From an uncultured delta proteobacterium (GTDB taxonomy: Bacteria > Desulfobacterota > Desulfuromonadia > Geobacterales > DSM-12255): 64,000 nucleotides of DNA. Numbering within the stretch: the stretch's first letter is position 1; every line of letters starts with the position of its first letter. Location of the stretch: contig CAWBBV010000007.1 of assembly GCA_963787125.1 (NCBI GenBank), positions 192,001 through 256,000 of the forward strand, written 5' to 3'. Below are positions 50,300-59,132 of the stretch, one piece after another. The translations under genes were made by a program, and so were the position numbers. Under the pieces are notes generated by a model that saw only the letters and a list, made by a program, of their open reading frames with translations, was not told the DNA's origin and ran no database searches.

Positions 50300-51580
50300 A
50301 TGAAGATACTGGTAATAGGCAGTGGCGGGCGTGAGCATGCACTTGTCTGGAAAATAGCGCAGTCGCCGCTGGTAGAGAAGATATACTGTGCACCGGGAAA
50401 TCCAGGCATCGGTTGTATCGCCGAGAACGTCCCCCTTAAGGTTGATGATCTGCCGGGGCTGCTGGCCTTTGCCAGGAAAGAGGGGATAGGTCTTACCGTT
50501 GTCGGCCCGGAGCTGCCGCTGTCTCTCGGGATTGTCGACCTGTTTGAGGAGTATGGTTTTAAAATCTTTGGCGCCCGGCGCAACGCCGCTCTGATTGAGG
50601 CGAGCAAAGCTTTCTCCAAAGACATCATGAAGAAGTACAATGTTCCGACCGCTTTCTACGAAGTTTTTACGGAGATAGCGCCGGCAATAGCCTATATTGA
50701 GCAACATGGCGCGCCGATTGTTGTCAAGGCTGATGGTCTTGCTGCAGGTAAGGGGGTCGTTGTTGCCACTTCACAAGAGGAGGCGATTGCTGCCGTGAAA
50801 GAGATGCTTTCGGGCAACGCTTTTGGTGATGCCGGTTCGCGGGTCGTTATCGAGGAGTTCCTGCGGGGAGAGGAAGCATCTTTCCTTGCCTTTACCGATG
50901 GCAAAAACATCATTCCGCTGGCTAGCGCCCAGGACCACAAGGCGATTTATGACGGCGACAAAGGGCCGAACACCGGCGGTATGGGGGCCTATTCACCGGC
51001 GCCGGTTGTGACCCGGGCGGTTCATGAAAAGGCGATGAACGAGGTAATGCGTCGCACAGTTGACGGCATGGCTGCTGAAGGCCGTCCCTATCGTGGTGTG
51101 CTTTATGCCGGTCTGATGATCGATGGCGATTCCGTCAAAACGCTGGAGTTCAATGCCCGCTTCGGTGATCCGGAATGCCAGCCGCTCTTGATGCGGATGA
51201 AATCAGATATTGTGCCGATCCTTTTGGCAGTTGCGGACGGCGATATTTCCGGGATAACGATCGAGTGGCACGACATGGCAGCTGTCTGCGTTGTCATGGC
51301 TGCTGCCGGCTATCCAGGTGATTATCCGAAAGGTGACGTGATCTCAGGGCTTGGTGCAGCTGCAGAAATAGCTGATCTCTTCGTTTATCACGCCGGGACA
51401 GGGGAAAAGGACGGCAGCTTTGTCACAAACGGCGGCAGGGTTCTGGGTGTGACCGGCCGTGGCGTAACAGTTGCTGAAGCGATAAAAAAGGCTTATGAAG
51501 GGGTGGCGGCGATAAGCTGGAATGGCGCCCAGTATCGGACCGATATAGGCAACAAGGCGCTGGGAAAGACAAGCTGTTGA
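50300..51580 (+). CDS. purD: Phosphoribosylamine-glycine ligase
   Basis: GSGGREHAL, KADGLAAGKGV, GPNTGGMGAYSP, EFNARFGDPE. Confidence 0.98.
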   Translation: MKILVIGSGGREHALVWKIAQSPLVEKIYCAPGNPGIGCIAENVPLKVDDLPGLLAFARKEGIGLTVVGPELPLSLGIVDLFEEYGFKIFGARRNAALIEASKAFSKDIMKKYNVPTAFYEVFTEIAPAIAYIEQHGAPIVVKADGLAAGKGVVVATSQEEAIAAVKEMLSGNAFGDAGSRVVIEEFLRGEEASFLAFTDGKNIIPLASAQDHKAIYDGDKGPNTGGMGAYSPAPVVTRAVHEKAMNEVMRRTVDGMAAEGRPYRGVLYAGLMIDGDSVKTLEFNARFGDPECQPLLMRMKSDIVPILLAVADGDISGITIEWHDMAAVCVVMAAAGYPGDYPKGDVISGLGAAAEIADLFVYHAGTGEKDGSFVTNGGRVLGVTGRGVTVAEAIKKAYEGVAAISWNGAQYRTDIGNKALGKTSC

Positions 51581-51597
51581 ACGGGTGAGGCATATTA

Positions 51598-52341
51598 ATG
51601 CTTAACGGTAAAAAAATAGTTGTAGTGCTGCCCGCTTACAATGCTTCCAAAACACTGGAAAAGACCTACGGCGAGATCCCTTTCGAGTTTGTGGATGATG
51701 TGGTGCTGGTCGATGATGCCAGTCGTGACGATACGGCTGAAGTTGCCAGGAAGCTTGGCATCCACACAATCGTTCACGAAAAGAACAAAGGTTATGGCGG
51801 CAATCAGAAAACCTGCTACCAGACGGCTCTTGGTCTCGGAGCGGATATTGTTGTCATGCTCCACCCTGACTATCAATATACACCGCGGTTGATAACGGCG
51901 ATTGCGGCAATGATCGCTTATGGTGAGTTTGATGCGGTCCTCGCCTCCAGAATTCTTGGGGTCGGGGCGCTTAAAGGTGGGATGCCGCTCTACAAGTACA
52001 TTGCCAACCGCTTTTTGACGCTGTTTGAAAACATCCTTCTTGGTCATAAACTCTCCGAGTATCACAGCGGCTACCGCGCTTTTTCCGGAGAGGTTCTAAG
52101 GCGCTTGCCGCTTGCCGATAATTCCGATGATTTTGTCTTTGATAATCAGATGCTGGCGCAGGTTGTCTGGGCTGATTTCCGGATTGGCGAGGTAAGTTGC
52201 CCGACAAAATATTTTGCCGAAGCTTCTTCAATAAACTTCAGCCGGAGTGTGAAGTACGGTTTTGGTGTGCTGGGAACCGCACTGAAGTTCCGGTTGGCAA
52301 AGTTGGGGATTTTTTCCTCATCAATATTCAGATTTAAGTAA
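51598..52341 (+). CDS. GT2 polyprenol-phosphate glycosyltransferase-like protein
   Basis: VVLPAYN, VDDASRD, NKGYGG, HPDYQY, SGYRAF. Confidence 0.85.
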   Translation: MLNGKKIVVVLPAYNASKTLEKTYGEIPFEFVDDVVLVDDASRDDTAEVARKLGIHTIVHEKNKGYGGNQKTCYQTALGLGADIVVMLHPDYQYTPRLITAIAAMIAYGEFDAVLASRILGVGALKGGMPLYKYIANRFLTLFENILLGHKLSEYHSGYRAFSGEVLRRLPLADNSDDFVFDNQMLAQVVWADFRIGEVSCPTKYFAEASSINFSRSVKYGFGVLGTALKFRLAKLGIFSSSIFRFK

Positions 52342-52352
52342 GAGGTGTTTTT

Positions 52353-52862
52353 ATGGTAGCTGAAGTGTTGATCCTCATGGGGAGTGATTCGGACCTCCCA
52401 GTCATGCAAGAAGCGGCGGCTGTGCTGAAGGAGTTCGGTATCGGTTTTGAGATGCATATCTCGTCGGCGCACAGATCTCCCCGGAAAACGGCTGAGTTGG
52501 CTTCAGGGGCAGCGGCGCGGGGCATCAAGGTTGTCATTGCCGGAGCAGGCATGGCTGCCCATCTTGCGGGGGTGGTGGCAGCAGAGACCGTGCTGCCGGT
52601 CATAGCTGTCCCTTTACCGGGCGGGGCACTAAATGGAGTTGATGCCCTTTATGCCATGGTGCAGATGCCGGGCGGGATCCCGGTCGCAACAATGGCCATC
52701 GGCAAGGCCGGGGCGAAAAATGCCGGACTTTTTGCGGTGCAGATTCTCTCAATAGCAACTCCGGATCTTGGGAACAAACTGCTGGAGCACCGGGTGAGGA
52801 TGGCAGCGGAAGTGGCAGAAAAAGACGCTGCTCTGCAAGCCAGTCTGCAGGCTGCGGGCTGA
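52353..52862 (+). CDS. purE: N5-CAIR mutase
   Basis: MGSDSD, SAHRSP, AGMAAHL, VQMPGGIPVAT. Confidence 0.97.
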   Translation: MVAEVLILMGSDSDLPVMQEAAAVLKEFGIGFEMHISSAHRSPRKTAELASGAAARGIKVVIAGAGMAAHLAGVVAAETVLPVIAVPLPGGALNGVDALYAMVQMPGGIPVATMAIGKAGAKNAGLFAVQILSIATPDLGNKLLEHRVRMAAEVAEKDAALQASLQAAG

Positions 52863-52870
52863 CTTTTTGC

Positions 52871-52899
52871 TTGACTTGACTTTGGTAATGAATTAGATT
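52871..52899 (+). promoter_or_regulatory. Candidate sigma70 promoter of ppcA
   Basis: TTGACT-N17-TAGATT. Confidence 0.5.
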
Positions 52900-52936
52900 T
52901 TCACAACGTTAATCAAAAAGGATTAGGAGAAAACTG

Positions 52937-53194
52937 ATGAAAAAAATTATTGCAGCATTTTTTCTTGTAGCGTTTGCAGGGACAGCATTTGCCGCAGATG
53001 TGATCGAAATGAAAAGAAACGTAAAATTCAACCACAAAGCTCACCAGGCAACTGTCGGTGACTGCAAGAAGTGTCACGAGAAAGGCCCGGGCAAGATTGA
53101 AGGTTTTGGCAAGGACTTTGCCCATAAGGTCTGCAAAGGTTGCCATGCTGACCTGAAGAAAGGGCCTACTGCTTGCAAAGAGTGCCACAAGTAA
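52937..53194 (+). CDS. ppcA: PpcA-family triheme cytochrome c7
   Basis: Signal peptide, V.FNHKAHQ, CKKCH, CKGCH, CKECH; position between purE and resB. Confidence 0.9.
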   Translation: MKKIIAAFFLVAFAGTAFAADVIEMKRNVKFNHKAHQATVGDCKKCHEKGPGKIEGFGKDFAHKVCKGCHADLKKGPTACKECHK

Positions 53195-53216
53195 TCAGTT
53201 CCTAAAGCTATTTAAT

Positions 53217-53253
53217 AAAAAAGGGGTGACGGATTGACCGTCACCCCTTTTTT
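53217..53253 (+). terminator. Bidirectional terminator after ppcA
   Basis: aaaaaaggggtgacgg-attga-ccgtcacccctttttt. Confidence 0.85.
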
Positions 53254-53359
53254 ATATACAGATAATAGAACGATAAATAGAAAAACTACTTTTTTTGAAA
53301 TCTCTTTTTATATATAATAAAAAACTTGAATAAAAACCAACCCCGATCAGGAGTCTGTC

Positions 53360-54709
53360 TTGTCAACGAACAAACCAAGCTTTATCGAGTCAGTCTGGGA
53401 TTTTTTCTGCTCCCTTAAACTCTCTATCTCCCTGCTCATAGCTCTTGCGCTAACATCAATCATCGGCACTATCGTGCCCCAGGGGAATATCCCCCCTGAG
53501 TATCTCCAGAAAATAAGTGAGGCCAAGTTCAAACTCTACCAGAGTCTCAGTTTCTTCGATATGTACCACTCCTGGTGGTTCATGCTCCTTCTTTACCTGC
53601 TGACGGTAAACCTTGTCTGCTGTTCCATAAAACGTCTCCCACGTGTCTGGAAAATTGTTTCCGAGCCTGTGCTTGTCATGGATGAGCGCTTCGAAAAATC
53701 TCTCTCCCTGACCCACGAAGTCAAGGTGTCAGGTGATGCTGTTGCCAAGATGCAGGCTTTCCTTCAAGGAATCATGGGTAAGCCGGTCGTCACAGAAAAG
53801 GATGGGGTAACTTATCTCTTTGCGCAGAAAACCCCATGGTGCCGTCTCGGGGTTTATGTTGTTCACCTGAGCATAATAATCATTTTTATCGGCGCCCTGA
53901 TCGGCTCTTTTTTCGGCTATAAAGCTTTTGTCAATATTGTCGAAGGGACAAGTGTTGATACTGTCTTTACGCAGAAAGAAAAGGAGATCAAGCTTGGCTT
54001 TGGGGTAAAATGTGAAAGTTTCGCCGTCACCTATTACAATACCGGTGCGCCGAAAGAATTCAAGAGCATCCTGACTATTCTTGAGAACGGGCAACCGGTA
54101 AAGGGGTATGATAAGATTCCCGTAATCGTGAACGATCCGCTTTCCTACAAGGGGATTACTTTCTACCAGTCAAGTTATGGTCAGGCAGGCGATGGTGCGG
54201 CTTACCACTTTAATGTGGCTCGCAGGGGGGGCGGTGAGACCGTCCATCTTGACCTCAAAAAAGGCGAAGAAGTTACTCTTGGCGGTGGCATAAAACTTCA
54301 AGTGCTTGAATCTACACAGGATGTCAGGCAATACATGCCGGAATTCTCCGGCCCTGCCGCAAAAGTACAACTGACAATGCCGGGCAAGAAGTCCGAAGCA
54401 TTCATAGTTTTCAAGAATCATCCTGAAATTGAAGAACAGCGAAAAGGTGAACTTGTCCTCCAGTATGCCGGCGCTGATGAGAAGCTGTATACCGGTCTGC
54501 AAGTTGCCAAAGATCCCGGAGTAGAGATCGTCTGGTTTGGCTGCACTCTGATGACCATCGGCATCTATATGGCGTTTTTCCTTTCCCATAATCGCCTCTG
54601 GATCAGGATCTCAGGCGGTCGCGCTGTTATGGGTGGTTCTGCCAGCAAGAATCCTGCTGCCTTTGAAACAAAGTTCGAACAGTATGTTGAGAAGCTGAAA
54701 CAGATTTAA
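53360..54709 (+). CDS. resB: Cytochrome c biogenesis protein ResB
   Basis: SLKL.I.LL, IIGTIVPQ, YHSWWF, VNDPL, YQSSY, GLQVAKDPG. Confidence 0.93.
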   Translation: MSTNKPSFIESVWDFFCSLKLSISLLIALALTSIIGTIVPQGNIPPEYLQKISEAKFKLYQSLSFFDMYHSWWFMLLLYLLTVNLVCCSIKRLPRVWKIVSEPVLVMDERFEKSLSLTHEVKVSGDAVAKMQAFLQGIMGKPVVTEKDGVTYLFAQKTPWCRLGVYVVHLSIIIIFIGALIGSFFGYKAFVNIVEGTSVDTVFTQKEKEIKLGFGVKCESFAVTYYNTGAPKEFKSILTILENGQPVKGYDKIPVIVNDPLSYKGITFYQSSYGQAGDGAAYHFNVARRGGGETVHLDLKKGEEVTLGGGIKLQVLESTQDVRQYMPEFSGPAAKVQLTMPGKKSEAFIVFKNHPEIEEQRKGELVLQYAGADEKLYTGLQVAKDPGVEIVWFGCTLMTIGIYMAFFLSHNRLWIRISGGRAVMGGSASKNPAAFETKFEQYVEKLKQI

Positions 54710-54767
54710 AAAACTGTAGAGACGCAGGGTGTTATGTCCCTGCCTAAAATTTTGAGGAGATTACAAA

Positions 54768-55628
54768 ATGACGAGTTCGCTCATGTTTAACATTACAACA
54801 ATTCTTTTCCTTGTATCGACACTGCTCTTTTTTGTCTTTCTTGTGTCGAGAAACAGCAGCATTGGCCTTGGTGCCAGTCTCGCTGCCTTTGTCGGCTGGG
54901 GTGTTGAAACAGTCGCCATTATACTGCGCTGGAAAGAGTCCTATGACATGGGCCATGGCCATGCGCCGCTTTCAAACCTGTATGAATCAGTGGTCTTCTT
55001 CGCCTGGACGATCATTTTGATCTACGGAATCATCGAAATGAAGTATAAGTATCGCGTTGTCGGTGCTTTTGTCCTTCCTTTTGCGCTGCTCGGTATGGCC
55101 TGGGCACAGCTTGGACTTCATAGCGGTATTGAGCCGCTTGTGCCGGCGTTGCAGAGTAACTGGCTCCTGTATCACGTCATCACTTGCTTCCTCGGTTATG
55201 CAGCCTTTGCGGTTGCCTGCGGCATTTCGATCATGTACCTGATAAAAGCAAAAGCTGAAGGTGACACCGCCACAACTGTTGCCGCCGGGAGTGTCATCGG
55301 CATGTTCCCGTCAATCCGCATTCTTGACGACCTCAACTACAAGGCGATCATGATAGGCTTTCCGCTCTTGACTCTAGGTATTGTCACCGGTGCTGCCTGG
55401 GCAAACTACGCCTGGGGAACATACTGGAGCTGGGATCCTAAAGAGACCTGGTCGCTTATCGTCTGGTTTGTCTATGCGGCTTTTCTTCATGCCCGTATTA
55501 CACGCGGCTGGGTTGGCAAGCGTGCCGCCTGGCTTTCGATCATCGGCTTTGCCGCGACGATCTTTTGCTATCTGGGCGTAAACCTCTTTCTTTCCGGTCT
55601 CCACAGCTACGGCGGCGGCATGAAGTAG
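54768..55628 (+). CDS. resC: Cytochrome c biogenesis protein ResC/CcsA
   Basis: PLSNLYES, WANYAWGTYWSWDPKETWS (WWD motif), GLHSY. Confidence 0.95.
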   Translation: MTSSLMFNITTILFLVSTLLFFVFLVSRNSSIGLGASLAAFVGWGVETVAIILRWKESYDMGHGHAPLSNLYESVVFFAWTIILIYGIIEMKYKYRVVGAFVLPFALLGMAWAQLGLHSGIEPLVPALQSNWLLYHVITCFLGYAAFAVACGISIMYLIKAKAEGDTATTVAAGSVIGMFPSIRILDDLNYKAIMIGFPLLTLGIVTGAAWANYAWGTYWSWDPKETWSLIVWFVYAAFLHARITRGWVGKRAAWLSIIGFAATIFCYLGVNLFLSGLHSYGGGMK

Positions 55629-55632
55629 TGAC

Positions 55633-56670
55633 TTGATTCAAGAGGCCTTATTCCGGATGCAAACCACTGGCTCTTTTTTACCAAAACTGATCTTCGGGGG
55701 AGGTGTTCTCCTCCCCCTTCTTCTCATCACTATGCCTGCGACTGCTGCTGTACAGCTTATCTACCCGGAACCGTCCAGTTTTGTTACTCAATCCCGTCAT
55801 CTTATTCTTAAGCTCAACACTGTTGATGTCACTACCGTTGTGGTCACAGTCAATGAGGTCGTCACCGACCCATTGGCGGTTGGGGCGGCCGAGTACAAGC
55901 GCGCTTTCAGAGATTTTCTGATTCTGCAGCCGCTCTGGGACAAAGGGAAAAATCAGCTGACAGTAGATATCTTTGTTGGCGAGAAAAAAATTGAGAGCTT
56001 CAAGGCCGAGATATACTATGCACCGTTTACTGCCGGCAGTGATATTCCGAAGGAGTTCAAGCCGACTTCACTGCATCGGCCGGCGACTGAAGATTTCTGC
56101 ATCCCCTGTCACAACATGAGGCCTACGGCAAAGCAGGTAACAGATGTCCCGGATAAAGACAATGCTTGTTACACCTGTCATAAACGAATGGGTAATCAAA
56201 AATTCGTACACGGCCCCGTGAGCACATACTCCTGTGTTCCTTGCCATCCTCTCCAGTCTACCCCAAAATATGCTGTAGTTAACCGGGAGCCAAAGCTCTG
56301 TTTTGACTGCCATGCTGAAAAACAGAAGGAGTTTAAGGGGTTCAAGGTTGTTCATGGGCCTGTTGCTGCCGACATGTGTGAGATTTGCCATGACCCTCAC
56401 TACAGTGACTATTCAGATCAGCTGCGCCAGCCGATCAACAAGCTTTGTCTCTCCTGTCATGAGTCGATTGATAAAGGTATTCATGTTCTGGCGCTGGGTG
56501 ATGGCACCGGGCACCCCATCACTGAAAAAACTGACCCCTCTGATCGCGGCAAAGGTCGTGAACTTTCCTGTATCTCCTGCCACGACCCTCATGGCGGGAA
56601 GGGCCGTTATTACTTTGTCACCGGAAGTGATAGCAAAATGGATCTTTGTCAGATGTGCCACAAGAAGTAG
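55633..56670 (+). CDS. Octaheme c-type cytochrome (start uncertain)
   Basis: Eight CxxCH: CIPCH, CYTCH, CVPCH, CFDCH, CEICH, CLSCH, CISCH, CQMCH. Confidence 0.9.
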   Translation: MIQEALFRMQTTGSFLPKLIFGGGVLLPLLLITMPATAAVQLIYPEPSSFVTQSRHLILKLNTVDVTTVVVTVNEVVTDPLAVGAAEYKRAFRDFLILQPLWDKGKNQLTVDIFVGEKKIESFKAEIYYAPFTAGSDIPKEFKPTSLHRPATEDFCIPCHNMRPTAKQVTDVPDKDNACYTCHKRMGNQKFVHGPVSTYSCVPCHPLQSTPKYAVVNREPKLCFDCHAEKQKEFKGFKVVHGPVAADMCEICHDPHYSDYSDQLRQPINKLCLSCHESIDKGIHVLALGDGTGHPITEKTDPSDRGKGRELSCISCHDPHGGKGRYYFVTGSDSKMDLCQMCHKK

Positions 56671-56711
56671 ACGACAATTTTTGAGCTGGATTCTAAATGG
56701 AGGTATTGTAA

Positions 56712-57803
56712 ATGAAACTCAATTTTCTCAAAAGTCTTGTAATGTGCATCACTGTCACCGGCTTTCTTCTGAGTGGTTGCGCCACTAACCAGCCACAATC
56801 ATCAAGGCGCTACGTTTGGCCACGGCCACCTGATGAGCCGAAAATAGAATGGATAAAATCCTATTACGGCCAGAACGATTTCCCTAAAAGTGGTTTTTCC
56901 GTGTTTCTCGAAACACTTTTCGGCGGAGAGGAAGGGCATATCTTTGAAAAACCTATTGATGTTAAATCGAACGGTAAAGGGGTGGTATATGTAACTGATG
57001 TGGCCATCCCGGGGATCTTCCGCTTTGATTTGCTGAATCAAAAGGTAGATTTATGGGAACGTGGTTCAGACCCTGACACAACTCTTGCCCTGGTCCCGTA
57101 CTTTATCGCCCTGGACGACAAAGATAACGTTTATGCTGTCGGCAGTGGCAGCACTAATATTTATGTAGTGGACAGTAACGGCACCTTTCTCAGGAAAATT
57201 GATTTTAAGGGGAAGGTGAAATCTGCAGGCGGGATCCTTGTTGATAGTGAAAAAAAGCGGATTTTTCTGGTAGATAACGTTGAATCCAAAGTAGCCATAT
57301 TTGATCTTGATGGCAAATATATCTCCTCCTTTGGCAAGAAGGGTGAAGATAAAGGCGAATTCAACCGGCCCTCACCAATCGTGATGAACCGTCTGGGCGA
57401 GATAATCATTGGTGATGTAATGAATGGGAGGATTCAGATCTTTGACCGCGAGGGAAAATTCTTGCGAATGTTTGGCCAAAGAGGTGATGGCAGTGCGGAT
57501 TTTCAGGTCATGAAAGGGGTTGCTGTTGATACGGACAATAATGTCTACGTCACTGATGGCAAGGCCAACCAGATAAAGATATTCAGCAAGACAGGTGATT
57601 ACCTGATGAGTTTCGGCACCGCCTACTCGGTTACCAAAACCATGAAAGAGTCTCCGGGCGGATTTCTTCTCCCCCAGGGTATTTTTATTGATGGTAGCGA
57701 TACGATTTATGTTGCTGACCAGGCCAATATGCGTTTTCAGGTTTTTAAATATCTGAAAGGTGAAGTAAAGAAAGATGCTGGTCAGCTAAAGGGTGGTAAG
57801 TAG
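56712..57803 (+). CDS. NHL-repeat beta-propeller lipoprotein
   Basis: Lipobox LSGC; repeated FG..G...GEF.RP / RIQIFD units. Confidence 0.88.
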   Translation: MKLNFLKSLVMCITVTGFLLSGCATNQPQSSRRYVWPRPPDEPKIEWIKSYYGQNDFPKSGFSVFLETLFGGEEGHIFEKPIDVKSNGKGVVYVTDVAIPGIFRFDLLNQKVDLWERGSDPDTTLALVPYFIALDDKDNVYAVGSGSTNIYVVDSNGTFLRKIDFKGKVKSAGGILVDSEKKRIFLVDNVESKVAIFDLDGKYISSFGKKGEDKGEFNRPSPIVMNRLGEIIIGDVMNGRIQIFDREGKFLRMFGQRGDGSADFQVMKGVAVDTDNNVYVTDGKANQIKIFSKTGDYLMSFGTAYSVTKTMKESPGGFLLPQGIFIDGSDTIYVADQANMRFQVFKYLKGEVKKDAGQLKGGK

Positions 57804-57980
57804 GAGTGCAGGTATTGTGTGGGCGATGCCGTTATTTGACAGCTGTGATGCCGTGTATTAGCGAACATTGAAACTTCGTTCTACTGGTTATTAGGCTGTG
57901 GCTCAGCTGAACTCTGACAAGGCGTCCGGCTTGGGCTTGAATAGGGCCTCTGCTGAGTTTATGAATGTTGCCGGCAAAAT

Positions 57981-57996
57981 TGGCACAGTAGCTGCT
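57981..57996 (+). promoter_or_regulatory. Sigma54 -24/-12 promoter upstream of the omcE-like gene
   Basis: TGGCACAGTAGCTGCT (GG-N10-GC). Confidence 0.65.
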
Positions 57997-58063
57997 AGAA
58001 TATCTATAATTAATATTACTAACTATCCTGCCTGGCAGGAAAATCACAAAAAGGAGAATGTAT

Positions 58064-58846
58064 ATGAAAAAAGTATTAGCACTTGTAGCAGCAGCTGGCA
58101 TTATGTCAGTCGCCACACTGGCATCAGCTACAACAATCGTTGGCAGCCCACATGATATGACACTCAGGGGTGCAACAGGCAGTACACAGATCTGCGTTTA
58201 CTGTCACGCACCGCACAACGCGATTCAGTCACTGCCACTCTGGAACCGTATCAACCCAGCAGGCTCCGCATTTACCCTTTATTCAGGCCTTAACATGTCG
58301 AACGTTTCTTTCAAGTCCGGTTTCACTGCAGATAGTACCTCCCTGTTTTGCATGAGTTGTCACGACGGTCAGACCAGTATCAGCGCCATTCACAACGCCG
58401 GCAGAGTCGACGGTGGAACTGTTCAGGGTAACGCTACCCACATCAACACCGGCGCATTTTCTAACGGCCCGATAGCAAACAGCACCAATATTGCCGGTAA
58501 TCTTACTCGCGATCTTTCTAAAACTCACCCGATCAACTTCCCGGTAGTTTCCAACGCAACAGGCGACCTGAACACACCAAGTCTGACAAGCGGCACCATG
58601 GGTCCTATGAATGCTACTACTGCTGGTACAGCTATGATGCTTGGCATATCAGGTACAGAGCCCACAGCAATTACTGCTACTTTCCCGCTCTTCAAAACAA
58701 CAGACCCTCTTAACCCACTTCGTGCCACTGTGAATCGTTCGCTTGAGTGCGGCAGCTGTCACGCTGTTCACGACTACAAGTTTGTTCCGTTCCTGCGTAC
58801 AACTCTTGGTGGTTCTGCACTCTGCCTCGGTTGCCACAACAAGTAA
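58064..58846 (+). CDS. omcE: Secreted tetraheme cytochrome, OmcE-like
   Basis: Signal peptide, SPHD, CVYCH, CMSCH, CGSCH, CLGCH, PLWN and THP motifs; position after the NHL gene in the ppcA locus. Confidence 0.75.
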   Translation: MKKVLALVAAAGIMSVATLASATTIVGSPHDMTLRGATGSTQICVYCHAPHNAIQSLPLWNRINPAGSAFTLYSGLNMSNVSFKSGFTADSTSLFCMSCHDGQTSISAIHNAGRVDGGTVQGNATHINTGAFSNGPIANSTNIAGNLTRDLSKTHPINFPVVSNATGDLNTPSLTSGTMGPMNATTAGTAMMLGISGTEPTAITATFPLFKTTDPLNPLRATVNRSLECGSCHAVHDYKFVPFLRTTLGGSALCLGCHNK

Positions 58847-58877
58847 GACTAGTTTTTACAGGCAGTAACGTATAAGG

Positions 58878-58901
58878 ACGGGAGAGGGCGACCTCTCCCG
58901 T
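58878..58901 (+). terminator. Hairpin after the omcE-like gene
   Basis: acgggagagg-gcga-cctctcccgt. Confidence 0.6.
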
Positions 58902-59074
58902 TCCTGCGTCTAAAACCCCTTCATAATATGCCATCATGCTGGCCATATAACTACTCCCAGCTGCTAATTAGCGCAAAATTTGAACAGCTGCTCCTAATGA
59001 TCATAAATAAATCTGTTTAAGCCGAAATATCAGCAGGTTACGCCAATAGCTGCGACTGCTTTGCCGGCGCTGCA

Positions 59075-59090
59075 AGGCACGCTAATTGCA
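59075..59090 (+). promoter_or_regulatory. Sigma54 -24/-12 promoter upstream of the beta-barrel gene
   Basis: AGGCACGCTAATTGCA (GG-N10-GC, TTGCA). Confidence 0.7.
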
Positions 59091-59132
59091 CTAATGAGAG
59101 AAGCGGTTTATATCTGCTCCGGATGTGACTTT

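Noticed and set aside
49414..50640. 408-aa antisense ORF over purH/purD, and other shadow ORFs over topA, thiC and DUF748
   Set aside because: Antisense to well-conserved genes with no recognisable motifs; expected from codon bias
57804..58060. GEMM-I cyclic dinucleotide riboswitch before the omcE-like gene
   Set aside because: Could not find the GGCAAA..GAAA..GACGCAAA pattern by eye; an Infernal search would be needed to exclude it
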